Source: Balanoglossus misakiensis (lineage: Eukaryota; Animalia; Hemichordata). Taken from it: a stretch of DNA of 64,000 bases. A model generated the notes under the pieces. The model saw only the letters and a program-made list of their open reading frames with translations, searched no databases and was not told where the DNA came from. Both the position numbers and the translations under genes were made by a program. The first letter of the stretch is position 1, and every line of letters begins with the position of its first letter. This document shows, in pieces, positions 24,138 through 38,399 of this stretch. The stretch is from positions 310,001 through 374,000 of the forward strand of contig CM082576.2 in the NCBI GenBank assembly GCA_040954595.2, read 5' to 3'.

Positions 24138-24824
24138 CAACTGTATCAAAGCATTCTACGTTTTCATGCATGTGGGATATGACATTCCCACTTGATGACG
24201 TCAAGATATACATTTCAAGAATTGCACCTGACGTGTCCTACACCGTGACGTCACAACTTTACATTGTCTTGAAGTGATCCAGGGAGCACCATTCTACTCT
24301 GACCGTGTCAATGTATTCTTTGAACTGGAGGATTTAATCACATTCACCAAAGATGCCCATTGCAATCTGAAAGGTGACATAGCAACGCACGGTAATCACG
24401 TGTTTGATACAATCTGAGCAGCGTGTCGAATAAATGACGGTGCTGTGTTTTGTCTTGGTTCATGCAATTGTTTTGACGCCATCGTTGGTCATAAAATACG
24501 GCCCATGAAGTCTCGGCGGATGGGCCCTTTTCTGCTATGACTGCAAGTCATTCCGTCCGCGTCAGAGGAACACGTTCTCTGTTATTTCAATCTATTTGTG
24601 ACTTTGCAGACGTTTGTGGCAGTTTGACTACCAATTGCCTCTACCTCTGCATTACACTTCTCACGAAATAACTGCATCTTTGAAAATTGCAGATTTTGGC
24701 CCAGGTTCGGGGATTGAGAAATTGTTTTAGAGTCGGCCGACAGGATACGTAAGAATAAGAATTGGCGAGGAATAGCGCTTTCGTGGACATCTTTTAAAGT
24801 TCAAAGTTCACGGTGGTCTTTACA

Positions 24825-24904
24825 TTAGCTTGCAGATTGCGCATGCGTCGCCGGAATCAAATGCATTGTTGGGTTGTGCTTATGAACCGAAGATCCTCCA
24901 TCAA
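24825..24904 (-). CDS. Pax1/9: Pax1/9 terminal exon 5 (VDGGSSVHKHNPTMHLIPATHAQSAS*)
   Basis: Very strong acceptor tttttctatttctttCAG|, phase 1; TAA at 24825-24827. Confidence 0.72.
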
Positions 24905-25023
24905 CTGAAAGAAATAGAAAAATAAATTGAAATCAATTAATCGAGTGAACATTTTCCAGTAAATGACAGTGTAACAGTATCTCACAAAGAAAATTCTCAA
25001 CCGATGATAATTATTCTACTTTA

Positions 25024-25024
<1 letters not shown>

Positions 25025-25054
<30 letters not shown>

Positions 25055-25133
25055 CATACATACATACATACATACATACATACATACATACATACATACA
25101 TACATACATACATACATACATACATACATACAT

Positions 25134-25223
<90 letters not shown>
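25025..25223 (+). repeat. Compound microsatellite (TACA)n(CA)n in Pax1/9 intron 4
   Basis: Directly visible; accounts for the spurious MYVC/HT ORFs. Confidence 0.99.
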
Positions 25224-25225
<2 letters not shown>

Positions 25226-25245
25226 TGACAGTTAAAATAAATTAC

Positions 25246-25489
25246 CAGAACAAGAAGACGACGTCGTTACCACTGGCTTGTACGCGAGAGGTGCTGGTCT
25301 AAGCACTGCTGTGTCTGCCATCGTTGTCGCTCCAGACGGAAAGCCACTTGGTGGCCACACGCCATGACCGAGAGAACTGGCTATCGGCGCTGTAGCAGTG
25401 TATGTGGGGACATACGTAGGTGTTGGGTGGTACGGTGATATCGTCAGACCTGAAGGTGCGAAATTTCCTACAGCCGAAAGGGTAGGATC
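25246..25489 (-). CDS. Pax1/9: Pax1/9 exon 4 (DPTLSAVGNFAPSGLTISPYHPTPTYVPTY...TTSSSCS)
   Basis: ttttctgtaAAG| and G|GTAATT; phase 0-1; PST-rich, like a transactivation tail. Confidence 0.8.
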
Positions 25490-25906
25490 CTTTACAGAAA
25501 AAAAATATTTCGTGTCAAAATAATTTTACGTAGTAAAGTCATCGAAGAAAGAGAATGTTATCAAAGAAAAGGACTTTAACCAGGCTCTTAGAGATAAGTT
25601 CGAACACTACACATGTCATGTTGAGAATGCTGAGATCATATGCAAGATAATCGACTTTATTTTCTAATTTAGAGGCTCATATCTATTTGTAAATAATTTA
25701 AAAAAACTATTTGTTTCTGAGGTGTCAAAATCGAAATAAACAATTTCAGCTTTAAATACCCGTGGCAAGCAAGATCAAGCCAAAATTGATCAGTAAAATA
25801 TTCAGTCAGTCACAAATATAACACGTACACTGACGAATATTTGAATTTGGTTGGACAAATGTACACAGTGCGATTGTGATTTTGTAGTTCAACGTACACA
25901 ACATAC

Positions 25907-26109
25907 CGTTTGGGATAATTTACTGGTGTCGCCATCGACGTGTGGTTTTGACTCGCTGTTTGCGGGGTCGATCCCTCCTCTCTGGTGTTCGCTCGGTGCC
26001 TGATATCCCGAGCCGGCGAGTGTCGGGGGCGGTGCTCTCGAATAATCGGCGATGGCAGTATGGGAGTGATTGCTGCTACTCTCCGGTGGAGGGTACATCG
26101 AGAATGGAC
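25907..26109 (-). CDS. Pax1/9: Pax1/9 exon 3 (GPFSMYPPPESS...KLSQT)
   Basis: ttttatttcCAG| and |GTATGT; phase 1-0; P/S/Y-rich. Confidence 0.8.
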
Positions 26110-27843
26110 CTGGAAATAAAAAAATCATCGATCAGCAAACAATACTACTGTGATTGTAACTTTGAGATTAGTATTCATACTTGTATCGCGAGCCAGAGTC
26201 CCCGCTCCACGGAGATAGATGACTGACATCGCAGAATTTTTTTGCGCTAAAGAAGTCGTGTGGTTTACATGATGGGCTGCACGTCCCTTTCTGTAGATTC
26301 TGGATAACCATCTAGGCTAGCTTTACTCCTTAGAAGAAAGCTCAACTATGATCACAGATCACACAACGGACAGGTGGGAAATAAAAAAAAAGATAAAATA
26401 AAGGAGTTCCTCAAACTTCTGGACACAATTTTTGCCCGTTACCATTTATTCGACACCTTGTGCTCTGTGTGTTAGCGTTTCTTTTCATTACATATTTAAC
26501 ATTTATTTGGAAAAAACTTTTTTATAGTAATCTTGTTTCACAAAGACGCGTTGTATATCTAAGCTGTGCGTACGAAATATCAAATGGTTGGCCAGATCCG
26601 GATTCTTTCAACTAGAGCATCTGTTTACATAACTCAAAGACTGGATGACCTTAAATACCTCTTTGCGGGAGGGTAAAAATCATGTCGCCGTTCGAGACAC
26701 GAATTTAATAAAGTATACGAAAAAAGAAGAAGAATGACTAGCAAAACTAGATTTGCCTTCTTAACCAAACAATCCCGGTGAAAGATGAACTCCCATGGGC
26801 ATAGTTCAGTCCGGTTCGATTGTTCACTCTCATATAAGTTTCTAATTACATTAATACGGCGAATTAGTTTCACCCTGGGGTAATTAATTATTTCATCTGT
26901 CGTAACCCGCATCAGATTCAGAAGAGAAGAAAACAAACACGGACAAGCTGCTCTTTTTCTCTCCTGGGCATATATCGTGTACCGCATCAACTGGTGTCTA
27001 TCTGTCGCGGGACTGTTTATGTCCTAACATTCTGAGGTATTATAAGGTCATCATTATAACAAGTAATGAAATCATCGCTGCCCTGCAATATATTACTTTC
27101 CTATTACAGTCTCGCAGCAGTGGTATATATACAGTTGGAAGGTTTATAATTTGACACACATTCGCCCATGGTGTCGTTAACAGCAAACCGACTGCATCCA
27201 AGCATGTAAAACATTTACAGAGCTACGCCTGCACCTCAGTGATTCAAAATACAGCGACGATCGCGGTTTTATTTATTTGTACAGTTATTGGCTGTAATCG
27301 TATACCACTGAAGCAAAATCTGGTCCAGAGCGATGACAGGAATCAGGGGTATGGTAGAAGCCGTTTATGAGGTTTCCACCATACGTCCGATGGGCAAACC
27401 TGCATCGGCCACGCCGAGCCAGATGCCGCTAAGCGTGTAAAAACGCACGCTGATTGTTTGTGGTTCCTTCAAAAGAAAATAAAACAAGCACCCCATCCAG
27501 GGTGTTTTGATGGGAGGAAAAGCACGTTTGGTCATGCAAATAGAAATTAGGATGAAAAATTATCCCTGTAAAGTTTGTCTCACAGTGGATCGAATTTGAC
27601 GAGAGAGGTTGAACCTTTGCTATTTCCGTACACTGATGTGAACGAAGCAACTTCTTACAGTTAGCGCTCGGGGAATAGGGTCGCTGAAACGTGTCACTTG
27701 GAAGGGCAATATCCTTGCAATCAACGAATTACAGATAACCGGTAGAATTATTAAGTACCGTAGAGAACATAGATAAATTTATACTGCCTGACCTTTATAC
27801 ACTTATTGTGAACACTCCATCAAATAAGTGAACATATGATATG

Positions 27844-27914
27844 AGAGTAAAAACTCGCTCAAAATGAATAAATGGCAGAGACCGATTATTCATTTTGGTG
27901 AATTTTTTCACTCT
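27844..27914. repeat. Imperfect inverted repeat, probably the core of a decayed palindromic non-autonomous element
   Basis: AGAGTAAAAACTCGCTCAAAATGAATAAAT versus the reverse complement of ATTATTCATTTTGGTGAATTTTTTCACTCT; about 11-nt spacer; no TSD found. Confidence 0.55.
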
Positions 27915-30785
27915 TGTGTCTACAAGCGAGATGGAAGTTGTGTGTAATTGAACATTGATTCACTATATATCCACATGAAGAATAACATAAACGGTGTCTT
28001 GTATCATATATAATTAATGGAAAAGGGGCAGCGTCGGCTCATTCACAAAATGGTGATGGGGAGTTGAGCAAGAATTGTTAGTTGCTATATGGAACAAAAG
28101 TCTTGGAAAATTTAAAAAAAAGTGCAGAACAGTATTTTGGTGATGGACAAGGTGATGGACCGTACGATGTTGCTGGTTGATGTCCTCTGACGTGTAGAGT
28201 TGATATACCCAGTGAAAACTCGGCTGCTCGTCACAGAATCTCCTCATCGGGGCAAAACAAATAAACAGGCACTTGTTTGGAAAATAATTAATCACTCTGG
28301 GGCTTATTTGTTTTATGGTGTTCTGCCAACTTCAAGACGTGAGCTAATTGCTATTCCCATGCCCGGCGTTACTCAACACATTACTTCAGCCTGTGACCTT
28401 TGACCCTTAATCCCATACTCATCATGCTCATCCCATGGCGGTATTTTATTAAAAACACGAAGTCACCGGTGTGAGCGGTCGGGTCTGTTTTGTTGCATTG
28501 CACGACATTTCGGGAAAACGGATTTCTTATGGTTGGAACCAACAGGTCTCGCGGGGTTCACGGCGATTCTTATTATCCGGAAATTTTCAGCTCAGTTCCA
28601 CGTTCGGGCGTGACAAGGCAATAATTCCATTCCCTCCGGCGTTTCTTGCGTTTCATACTACAAATATTGACTCGCGGTAAAATGCTTAATTTAATCCATG
28701 TCGAGGAAATCTCCCAAGTTTTCACTTAAAATCCAAACCCCATTAACAGCGTCGAGAAGCACTCACGACAAACAATGACTCCGCGATGCGACAACTTGTC
28801 AGAGGGTAGATTTCGCCATCGGCGTTTTCACAATCGTATTTGATCACATCAATTAAGTTAACACTTCCATTACGAATGCAGAGAAAACTCTCGTTAGCAA
28901 ATTATTAAAATCTCATAAATCGCAAATATTTGTCCGAGTCAAACGACTTGGCGCCCGTACGGTTCGGCGTGGAGTTCCTAATGACACGTGGCAGCCTGCG
29001 GGATCCAAGCTTCATCCTCACTCGGTGACCACAATTTGTAGCATATTTTGTCCCTCAGCGTGTCCATGTCAACAGTAGGAACCAACCTCCGTAATGCGTC
29101 GCCGAGGTTGAGTCATGTGAGTCATAATTAAAAGTGTAGTCAACTTAGTGCGCGTCTGTCGCTTAGATACCGAAGCCGCGGGCGCGCAGTTGTCCAAAAG
29201 TGGCAAGTACAAATCCAAATTTTCGCTAATTTTATCAGTCCCCGAACTTTGACACAGTTACACCTCAGACATTTGTATCCAGAAATTTCCGACAAGAAAG
29301 TATCATACGATTCCATCAAATTAATAGTGAAATTGTATAGAGACGCATGGCCTCTTAGGAACAATATGTTTGACTTCTCGAAGGAAAATAAATAACAAAA
29401 GATTTCATTTGGGCTTGGCACTTTTAGTGATGACTATCGTCAAATAGTCATAATATGATCACTTCTCTAGTTGACTAAAATTGGAAATCCTTGTGACGTC
29501 GTACAGTTGTAATTCAAAGAATGTGAACGACTGTTTCATTGGCGTCGAAATGGTTGTTGTTACCGAGAGTTTCTGATTTTTATGACATAATTAGTAGCCG
29601 ATGTACTCCAATCTAAGTTTTTGGTACGGTCCAGTTGTTCTAACGAGACCAAACGACAGATGAGATAAGGTACAAGGGTGATCGGTAGATTTGGCTGAAA
29701 GGAATCGACTCCGATCTTCGTGCTCTATCGAGTCCCAAGCAATGATGAAACGTACAGTAAATGGCATAAAATGACCCGAGGAATTGCTCGGTAAGCTCGT
29801 AAAGATCATGGCCGAACCCGTGGGCGGTTTTCTCATGGTGACTCCTTATAGTTTTAAGCCTTTTCTGTGCGGAAATGTGATGTACATTTAAAAGCAGTCG
29901 ACATTTCCAGGACGAACAGGACAGAGGAAAACAATAGCATGACTTGATCATCACAATATTTGCCAAAGGTAGATGCGGTTTTTCCATTACCAGTTAAAAT
30001 TCGATAATGGTATTCCATTAGACGTGGACACGGTAGTTATTGGGCCTGGTGAATGTTGTTGTTAGTACGTAGAGTCCAAAAGGTTTGAATCTTAAATGTT
30101 ACATGTAAATAAAATTCAATATTTCCGCTTAAGTGTCAGTACAACTGTTCTTATGCCAAGTACGTCAATCTTTAAAGCTGACACTGTGAGTTAGTACTGC
30201 GAGAAGTACGATAGATAGTATTAACTGCACTACGTTTGGGTAAAATCCTTTTAGAAATGTCAGAAATTGTTGATCGCAGTTTAGACGTCTCATGGAAAAT
30301 GCCACCAACCTATAGAAGAAGACTGTGCTGGCCTTGCAGGGGGTGGGTTATATTGAGCTACCGTTTCACGAGTTTATAAACACTACACCGCACATCATTC
30401 TACACCCATACTCATCCGCACCTGGCCTACACATGCCGCCACGGTGTGGGTCTTACAATGGCAAAGGCCCTTGATTTCAAAAACATCTGACCAGCGTCGA
30501 CTTTTTATCGCGTCCGTAAAACAACCGATATTGAGACACTAAAACCGAGCGGGACACAATATTATGATTCTGGTCCCAATGATTTCGCCATTAGATGGAC
30601 TGATTGATTGCGTATCAATGTTTTACGTCATCAAACGTTGAAAGATTTATCCACATGGGCTGAACTTTTGTGGGAAAGGCATCGCTCATTGAATGCCACG
30701 ATTCCCAGCACAGAATTCACAGATATCGAGTGATACGAACAAATTTAATCGTTTATGTTTTTAGACTAGCATCAGTATATTTTAT

Positions 30786-31050
30786 TTAAAGGTACACGGT
30801 CACCTCCAATTTACATATGTCCATAAATGACAGAAATGGCGTATTGGTGTGTTCTAAAGAACATATGGTGGCAGTTTTTTTCGCGTGTGCCACACTCAAA
30901 AAATCTGTGATTGGCTAGATCTTAATTTGCCATAGTAACTGTAGCTAAATTTTCATATTATCCAAATTATCGGTTGATAATATCTTGTACACATTCAACA
31001 CACCTGTAGATTATCATGTATATGTCATTGTCTATGAACAATAAATACCA
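30786..31050 (+). mobile_element. Possible truncated Kolobok-like DNA transposon end
   Basis: TTAA|AGGTACACGGTCACCT resembles a TTAA-target, RR-terminus element; no partner TIR found and the right boundary is a guess. Confidence 0.25.
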
Positions 31051-34000
31051 ATCCAGACATTACAAATGTCTTTGCACCACGAAACAGCGAAGACACGAGA
31101 ATAAAACCGGAGGCAAATCACCGCTGAAGGCAAAATCCAGAAATTTGACGGTCCATGATGACAAGCGAATTGAAACCTCGTGTTTGCTGAGATAGTGGCG
31201 ACTGTACGTTTTATGGTTGATACACATGGTTCTTCTGATCGTGAGTATTCACAGAGTAGAGTCGCTCGGTCCGCTGCATCATCGACGAAGGCTGCCTACA
31301 AACCGTTTGGCACTAACATTGTTTCTCACCTAATTTGTCATGCTCGGACGGATTCGGCTGATATTACTAATTGAAAGCCAACGATCTGGCCGTTAAGCTA
31401 ATGCAAACACAACACAAACGGTCTTTGGGGACGAGTCCAATTTGTTGTGGTGCTGCGAGAGTAAATCACACAGTCCTCAGCCCGCGGCTGTTTGAACAGA
31501 TAGACTGGCTCACTGTTTGTTATTGCAATTACACATTAATTAAACGGTACTTAGAACGGTATAATAGCGCTTTAAACGTTAGTAAAGCCAATATCAAACA
31601 CAGATTGCTTGCTGTGTACATTTCTCCATCTTTCCCCCCTTGGCAACCGACTCTGATTTCTTAAATACTGGAAGCGCGATGTTTGGTTTCCTCCCTGCGA
31701 CGTTCGCGTTAAAGCGATGAAATTGATTTATTGTTAATAACAAAAGTAATTTAAAGAGCGAACGGCGTGAATATGAAATATCTATTTTTATTCTAACGGG
31801 TACTACTTTATCAATGGTTTGTGCGGGAGGGGGCTTTTTAGCTGAAATAGTGCTTTCAAATCACGAAACTGCTTGTCGTAGATTGATATGTATATTGTGT
31901 GTGTCCCGAGTTATACTTAATGATATAAGAGGTGAAAAGAATGACGTTTTACAGAACGAAGGTTTGACATAAACTAGGGCCGATTTTGAAAAAAAAAAGT
32001 TGTATCTTCAAACCATGAAGTTAGAGCAAACCTTGAATTCACGCTACAAATAAGCGGACGTTCACATCTCCTCTTAGCATTGTGAGACAGAAAAAATGTT
32101 TTCATGAATGTTTGGACACAAAGAGAACTCCCCTCTCACACATATGTTTGAATCGACTTCTTCTTTACGGGTTCTACTTCACAGTATCCAAGTCAACATC
32201 GGAAAAAAATGCATATGACATTGAACATACAACACGTCGAAGTGCAGACAGTGGAGGGGAAATCCACGGTCTACGGTCGAAGGGGAAACCTCTTTTGGTA
32301 AGCAATAAGTTAGTCGATGTTTGTCCCAACGAAGAAATAGTTGTTGATGTATTTGAAACAGACGTGTCTGCTTATCCTTTCCGAGCATGTGCGGCTCGGA
32401 TAAAACATTCTGCTCAGTTCAGTGAAGCCCCACTCGCTGCACGCTGCAACTTTTGACGTGCAAAGCGAGTTAATTGTCCATATGTACAGAAGTGTTTAAA
32501 TCGCCCTCTGTGTTCGAGTTGTGCCAAACATGCAAATAAGCATATAAATAAGGCCCGGACTTAAATTATTGTTCATTAAAAATTGTTTCATAAGCCCCAA
32601 GCAGGGCAACAAACCGGGAATCGTGGTGTACAGAGAGTATTGCTTTTTTATCCGGAGAAATCTCTGTTTTATTATACCAACCATTTTTTGCAAATCCCTT
32701 AGGATCCCCGATAGTTTTTGGTAGCCCAGAACTATAATCGTACATCTATGCATGAGGGAATGCTAATAATGCATGATATTATACTTCATATTATGGAGGT
32801 TATCGTCATTCATCTCAGTCGGGTGAACTGACTCAAGACGTATCTCGCCTGGGTGATCAAACGGCCGGTCACTTATTTTTTGCGGCTAGCGGGCAGATCA
32901 AATCAGCGACTTTGCAAAGCCGGACATGGTTCGATATCTTTGAGTCCCGCTGCGGTTAGCGTCAAGCCGAGACCTCCATGTACGAAGCGAAAACAGCTCG
33001 TCTCGGGTATGTGGGTGTTGGTTGGTTGGATGACTAGTCTTGCTTTACGTGTATCAACTTCTTTTCTATGTTCCATACGTTCCCAATCACACGCAGGAAT
33101 TAAGTAGCTTCATAAGAACTTGTCCAATTTAGCAAGTTTGACAGAGGCTAGACGGCGTTATTGATAGAATGCGAAGCGCTTGCTACGCTCTAAAGCTTTT
33201 GTTAAAATATTGACTTTTGGTCATGGGAAAATAGACACTAAAAGGAAATCTTCACTCGTATTTGTTAACTAAGCAACTCTTCAGCGACCACATGAAAGTC
33301 AAATCGGTGCGTTCTTATCTGATCGAAGGATCATTCCGAAAGCCCCCCCCCCCCCCTCTGGGTTTGTGGCCTGGCGGACAGAAAGCGCCAGTCGAGCAAA
33401 CAAAGATTAGCTTTGTTGGTGTCTGCGTTCGATGGTCGTCCTTCCTCCATCGATTCCAGCGACAACATCGATGACAGCAGCGGTGAATACAGACCATCTC
33501 TGGCTGGTGTTGTTCGCTGAACAAAAGGGATTTGTTCAGAGTGGTAGCCGGCACGCTACCACCCCAGAACACGGTAATCCCCAAGACGTGAGGCGGATTT
33601 TCGACTTGTGAATCACTCAATCCAATCACAATGTTGCTATAGTTCAACAAGACAAACCTCCTGGGCCTGATATGACACGCACGGATAATTTCTTCGCAGA
33701 TATTTTGGTGTTGATAATTGCGTTTTTGAAAACCATTGGTTGAAAGTCTGATTTTATGATAGCGACGAAAGTTGGCATGTCACAGGTAGTAGCTACTGTG
33801 ATCGGATTTCATGTGAAATGGATCCGGTGAAATGGATCCGGGGTTTAGTATGACAGAACAAAAGGCTGCCGGAGAGACTTTATTATTTCATATATTCAGT
33901 CTTGTATTCATGTGGCATTCTTCGAGTGGCATTTAGTTATGTCGATGAATTGTCGCCATTATCTTCAGAGTGAAGAAAAAAGAGTGGAGGAATTTTTGAT

Positions 34001-37000
34001 TGATGTAATACACTCAGTTCCTTCGGCCCCCAAAGCCCACATGTATACATCACGGTGTAAAGCGAGACCGTGAGAAACATACACAGGTTACATACTTTGG
34101 AAGTGACTGTCTGACACTTTGAAACTTTTCATTCGCAAGTTTTGCTCATTTCTGACATGGACTACAGCATTGAAAGACAAACAAGGCTTCCAAAAAGTTA
34201 TTTTAGTCCCTTGTCTGGCACGTGACTCTTCGGGCCAGAGAAAAGTGCACCCTCCTTACCAACAGACACCGCAATACACCTTGAAACATTTTAGAGCAAT
34301 TTTCATTGCAAAGGGCCGAGAAATGTTTTTTTCTCGCCTTAGTTCTTTTTCTTTGTGGATTTCTGGTTGCATCCGAAGCCTGCTATAGTGCAAGGCCAGT
34401 GGGTTTCGCTTTACACCCCAGTAGCAATATCATGTCTGTGACGGGACGCATCGGGCGACGGTGTTTACATCAATGGTAGCCTTCAACCCGTAGCTGATAC
34501 CATTGCAAATTACTTTTCCGGCACTGAGTTCAGTTTTGCTACGCTTTCCGTCCACTGAAACTTACACATGGTTTGGTCTACTGATCAAGGCGAACACGTC
34601 TCTCAGATGGCATGAACACTGAGTTATTGAGTATCTCAAATACAACCAATTCTTCCGTCGAAAGTGCTGAAATGGAAACGTGCGCCCAACTGCTTTCGGA
34701 ACACAGTCATTACTAATTTTTGCAATGCAAAAGGTGCGCCTTAATTAATAATCAATTGTTGTTTGTTTATAAACATCACGGTCCAGCAGTATCGAAACAA
34801 CGCAGCAATTATTTAGGAAACGATTTTAATACAGGTTAACACAAAACATCGGTCAACACAACACACTTTTATTCGTGTATATAATACTCCCCTATAAGAA
34901 CTAGGAACGCCTTCCACACAACTTCCCTCCGACCAGTAATTCTGTGTATATAGGTTAGGGGACAGATTACAACGAACCGCATCGTGCTAGTGCACAAGTC
35001 ATTAAACGATCGTAAAGAAATCAGTCCTCCTCATGGTGTCAAAAAATGTTCTGTGTTGGCAAAGTTTTGGAGAGGGTTGTTTTACGGTTTATTTATCCTG
35101 CTATATATAAACAAGATGAATTTTAAAACCGGCGGATGTTGGTATTGGCACTTGGGATCTCGGAATTCTAAATACGTATTTCAGAAAAGACACAAACTGC
35201 TCCATAATAAAAGACCAGAAATTAAAAAAGAATCAGCAGAATAAGTTGTTGTGAGGAGATGTTAGAGTTTCTCAGGAGAAAAAGACAAGCTTTCCCCGTC
35301 AATGGCACGTTTTATTGTTGGCCATAACTTTCTACTACTATGGAATCGATGTACTGTGGACGATGAGAAACAAACTTACGATTGCTTGCTCCGTCATCAA
35401 GATAGTCCACACAGGAAAGACGATATGTTTTATGACCTGTTCAATAATAATTCAAAATATTTGGCAGATAACCATGTCATATGAAAGCACGGTGACCGTG
35501 ATGAAAATAAGTAGAAAACGAACTTTCCCGCTACACTTTTATTAGAAACAACCCTATCTAACAGTCATGTATTCATTCGGACCTATCGAAAGGAGAGAAA
35601 CTGAAACAAACAGATTGATACAGATGAATAGAGACGGAGAGAAATGCATAGAGACAGACAGACAGACAGACGGGGAGTCACACATGAAATTGGGACGTGT
35701 CTCACTGAAGGGAAGGACAAGTCTTGACTTGCTCTTATCACTAAACCGTCGTTTCAAACTCTCTTCGTAAAAATGTGCTTTTGGAATAATTGTGTAGCCA
35801 TGATCTCTGTCTGATTTTCGTGTATTGTTCTCAGGGAGGTCACATGCCCGAAATAAACATTCTTGGCTGGCGAGGATGATTATTCCAGTGAAAATCACTC
35901 TTTACCTCCAATGACAGGCCCGCCCTCGTACATCATGTAAACTCTGTATATTCAAGTTAAATCGATGATCGTTCGCATTACACATTTTGAATAATTGTGA
36001 GCTCTCCGTTACAAGAAGGAAGCTTCAATACTGAAGCCTTTTCTTCATTAACTGTAAATTTATCAAGTTAGTTGATATTTATTTGCTCATCGAACTAGCG
36101 TTGTAGCGATACCAAGGTTGTTTGGATCAGCTGCTGTCTTTCAGTTGCATAGCCAGTAGATTTTTCCTATTTTCCATGAAAAACTAAACAACTTACTGTA
36201 CATTGGACATAGATGTCCCCAGAGCAGTCCCTTACTAAGATTTCCCTGCTACCGAATTCAGTAGCGATTTCACTTTCAATTATGTATGTTCAGCGGTGTA
36301 CCCCAAATTGAGGTTTGAAATCAACCCGAACTAAATAATTACATTAAGAAGAAGGGCACACACATAAACCACGTTCACAAATACTCATGAAAACACGCGA
36401 AACGGTGATTAGTGGAGAGATATTTATGTTCTCTGTTAGCCACAAAATACGACTGACAGTCTTGAAGAAAGCACACACATTTGTCAGAAAACGGCCGACG
36501 ACTTTAGAGATCTTAGACAGATTAAGAATAACGTTTGACCTGACGAAACGCTTTGATCTCCAGCAATTTCAGGGACCAGATATGACCAAGAATCTTTCAC
36601 AACTTTTCAACACTTGCAATTAGCCGGGAGTTTCCATCTTCCACGCAAATATTTGAGGAAGGGGACACCGAATATGCCATTTCAAGGTGAAAAATAACTT
36701 GCCGCTGCTTAAGGGCGCTGCCAGGTCTCATTTTCATGCGACACATCGCGATACCGCCGGGGAGCCACTTATATGTAACGATATGCTAAAAGTGTCGTAG
36801 CTTGGTGGTCTGGCTTCGATGTCACGGTGAGAGAAATGAAAATAGTCGACTACAATACCGAGTAAGATTTGTTGTATTGTTGGGGCGGGAATGAAGATTG
36901 TATACGATACTTCAGCAATAAGCGTCCAAAGTGACTGTAAACACCAAAACTGCTCAGAAGATAAAGTCTTTCATTCACTATTTAGCTTTCAGATTCACAT

Positions 37001-38399
37001 TCATTTGTTTGCACGACAGCGCTTAAATTCTTCGTCCGGTTAAAAGAGAAGGGGAGAAAAAAGTGAAGTTGTTTTGCCTCCAACAAAGGTCAGTGAAAGG
37101 CTTTATCCCCAACTGAGAATCAAGTTTTTTGTCTTTGTTGTGTATGTTGACTGACAGCTCTGAGAGGAGACCTCTCCTCCAGTCCACTCGGATGCGTGCG
37201 AAAACTGCATTAGACATCGTCACCACTGACATGCACGTCAAAGAGAAGAAAGACATGACTTCTAGAATGACCATATTAGTTTAACAGTGGAAGACTGTAA
37301 ACCTCTCTCCCTCAAAAAAGTTAATGGGTAACTTTTGTGGAGCGTAACAGAAGAACGTGCCTACATATCTTAAACCACTCATTTTTCTGAAAGTTTTCAT
37401 TGAAGTTTTAGGAAGACGCGACTTGCGGTGATTGCCTTTCGTAATTGCCCGTTAGGATTAGTAGACCGCGAGGATTAAGTTGACTGTGAGGATTAATTGA
37501 CAGTGTTGATTAATTAAGCTGCAGACCCTGCCTCCGGCCGCTACCTGCTCTGAGAGGGCCTATTTACAAAAAAGTCAAGTCGTTCTGAAGAAAGTCACTT
37601 GCTTGAGCATGTTCATTTTCTGTGAATTGTCATCAGTGCAAGATACTAAACAAATAAAACCATGACTTGTCCATTTTGTAAACTCGGAGGAGATGTTTGT
37701 GATTGTTTAATTTCCGAGGTGACTGTTGCTGTCTCATAGTCCACAAAACTCATCCCTCCATCCGTTTACATCTGCTTTCCTATGCTCACCTGCAAGTCCC
37801 CAAACCTCCACATACTAAACATCTCACCTGCCATGTTGTTATAGATCTACAGACCCAGCTACCAGTCTACCTTTATAATTTACAACCTACCTACACCTAT
37901 AACAAATGCACCCTAGGCTCGTAAATAGATAAATTTGGCTAAACTATAACAACATACCATTTACTAAGTTTCAGTGGTCGGACATGTATAACAGTTGTGT
38001 TGGTTTTAGAAGTTGAATCAGGGTGACAACGTCAAAGAAACTTGTACACATACGTCTGAGAAAGTGGATTTATAAATACTATCGATCGTGTCTAGTCAGC
38101 ATCATCATTTACTCATAAAACTGGGCAGTCACTGACGTCGAATTTTTAAATCGCGACCCGCATGTGGGAGTAAAATGCACTTTTTCTTAATAGATTTCAT
38201 ACCAATCAAGTGATGACAAATGTAATGATTTCATATGAAAAGAAAACGAGAAAATGCTTTCGCAGTGCAAGTGTTGCACCATTGAACAGTGGAAACGTAG
38301 CAGATTTGTTCCACCATGCTTGGACATGCTTCCTATGAGTAAATAGCAGTAATTAGAACGTGCTGACTCTCTCTGGCCAATAGTGTGGTCACTACATAC

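Noticed and set aside
25004-25228. ORFs of YIHT / MYVC repeats
   Set aside because: They are translations of the (TACA)n(CA)n microsatellite.
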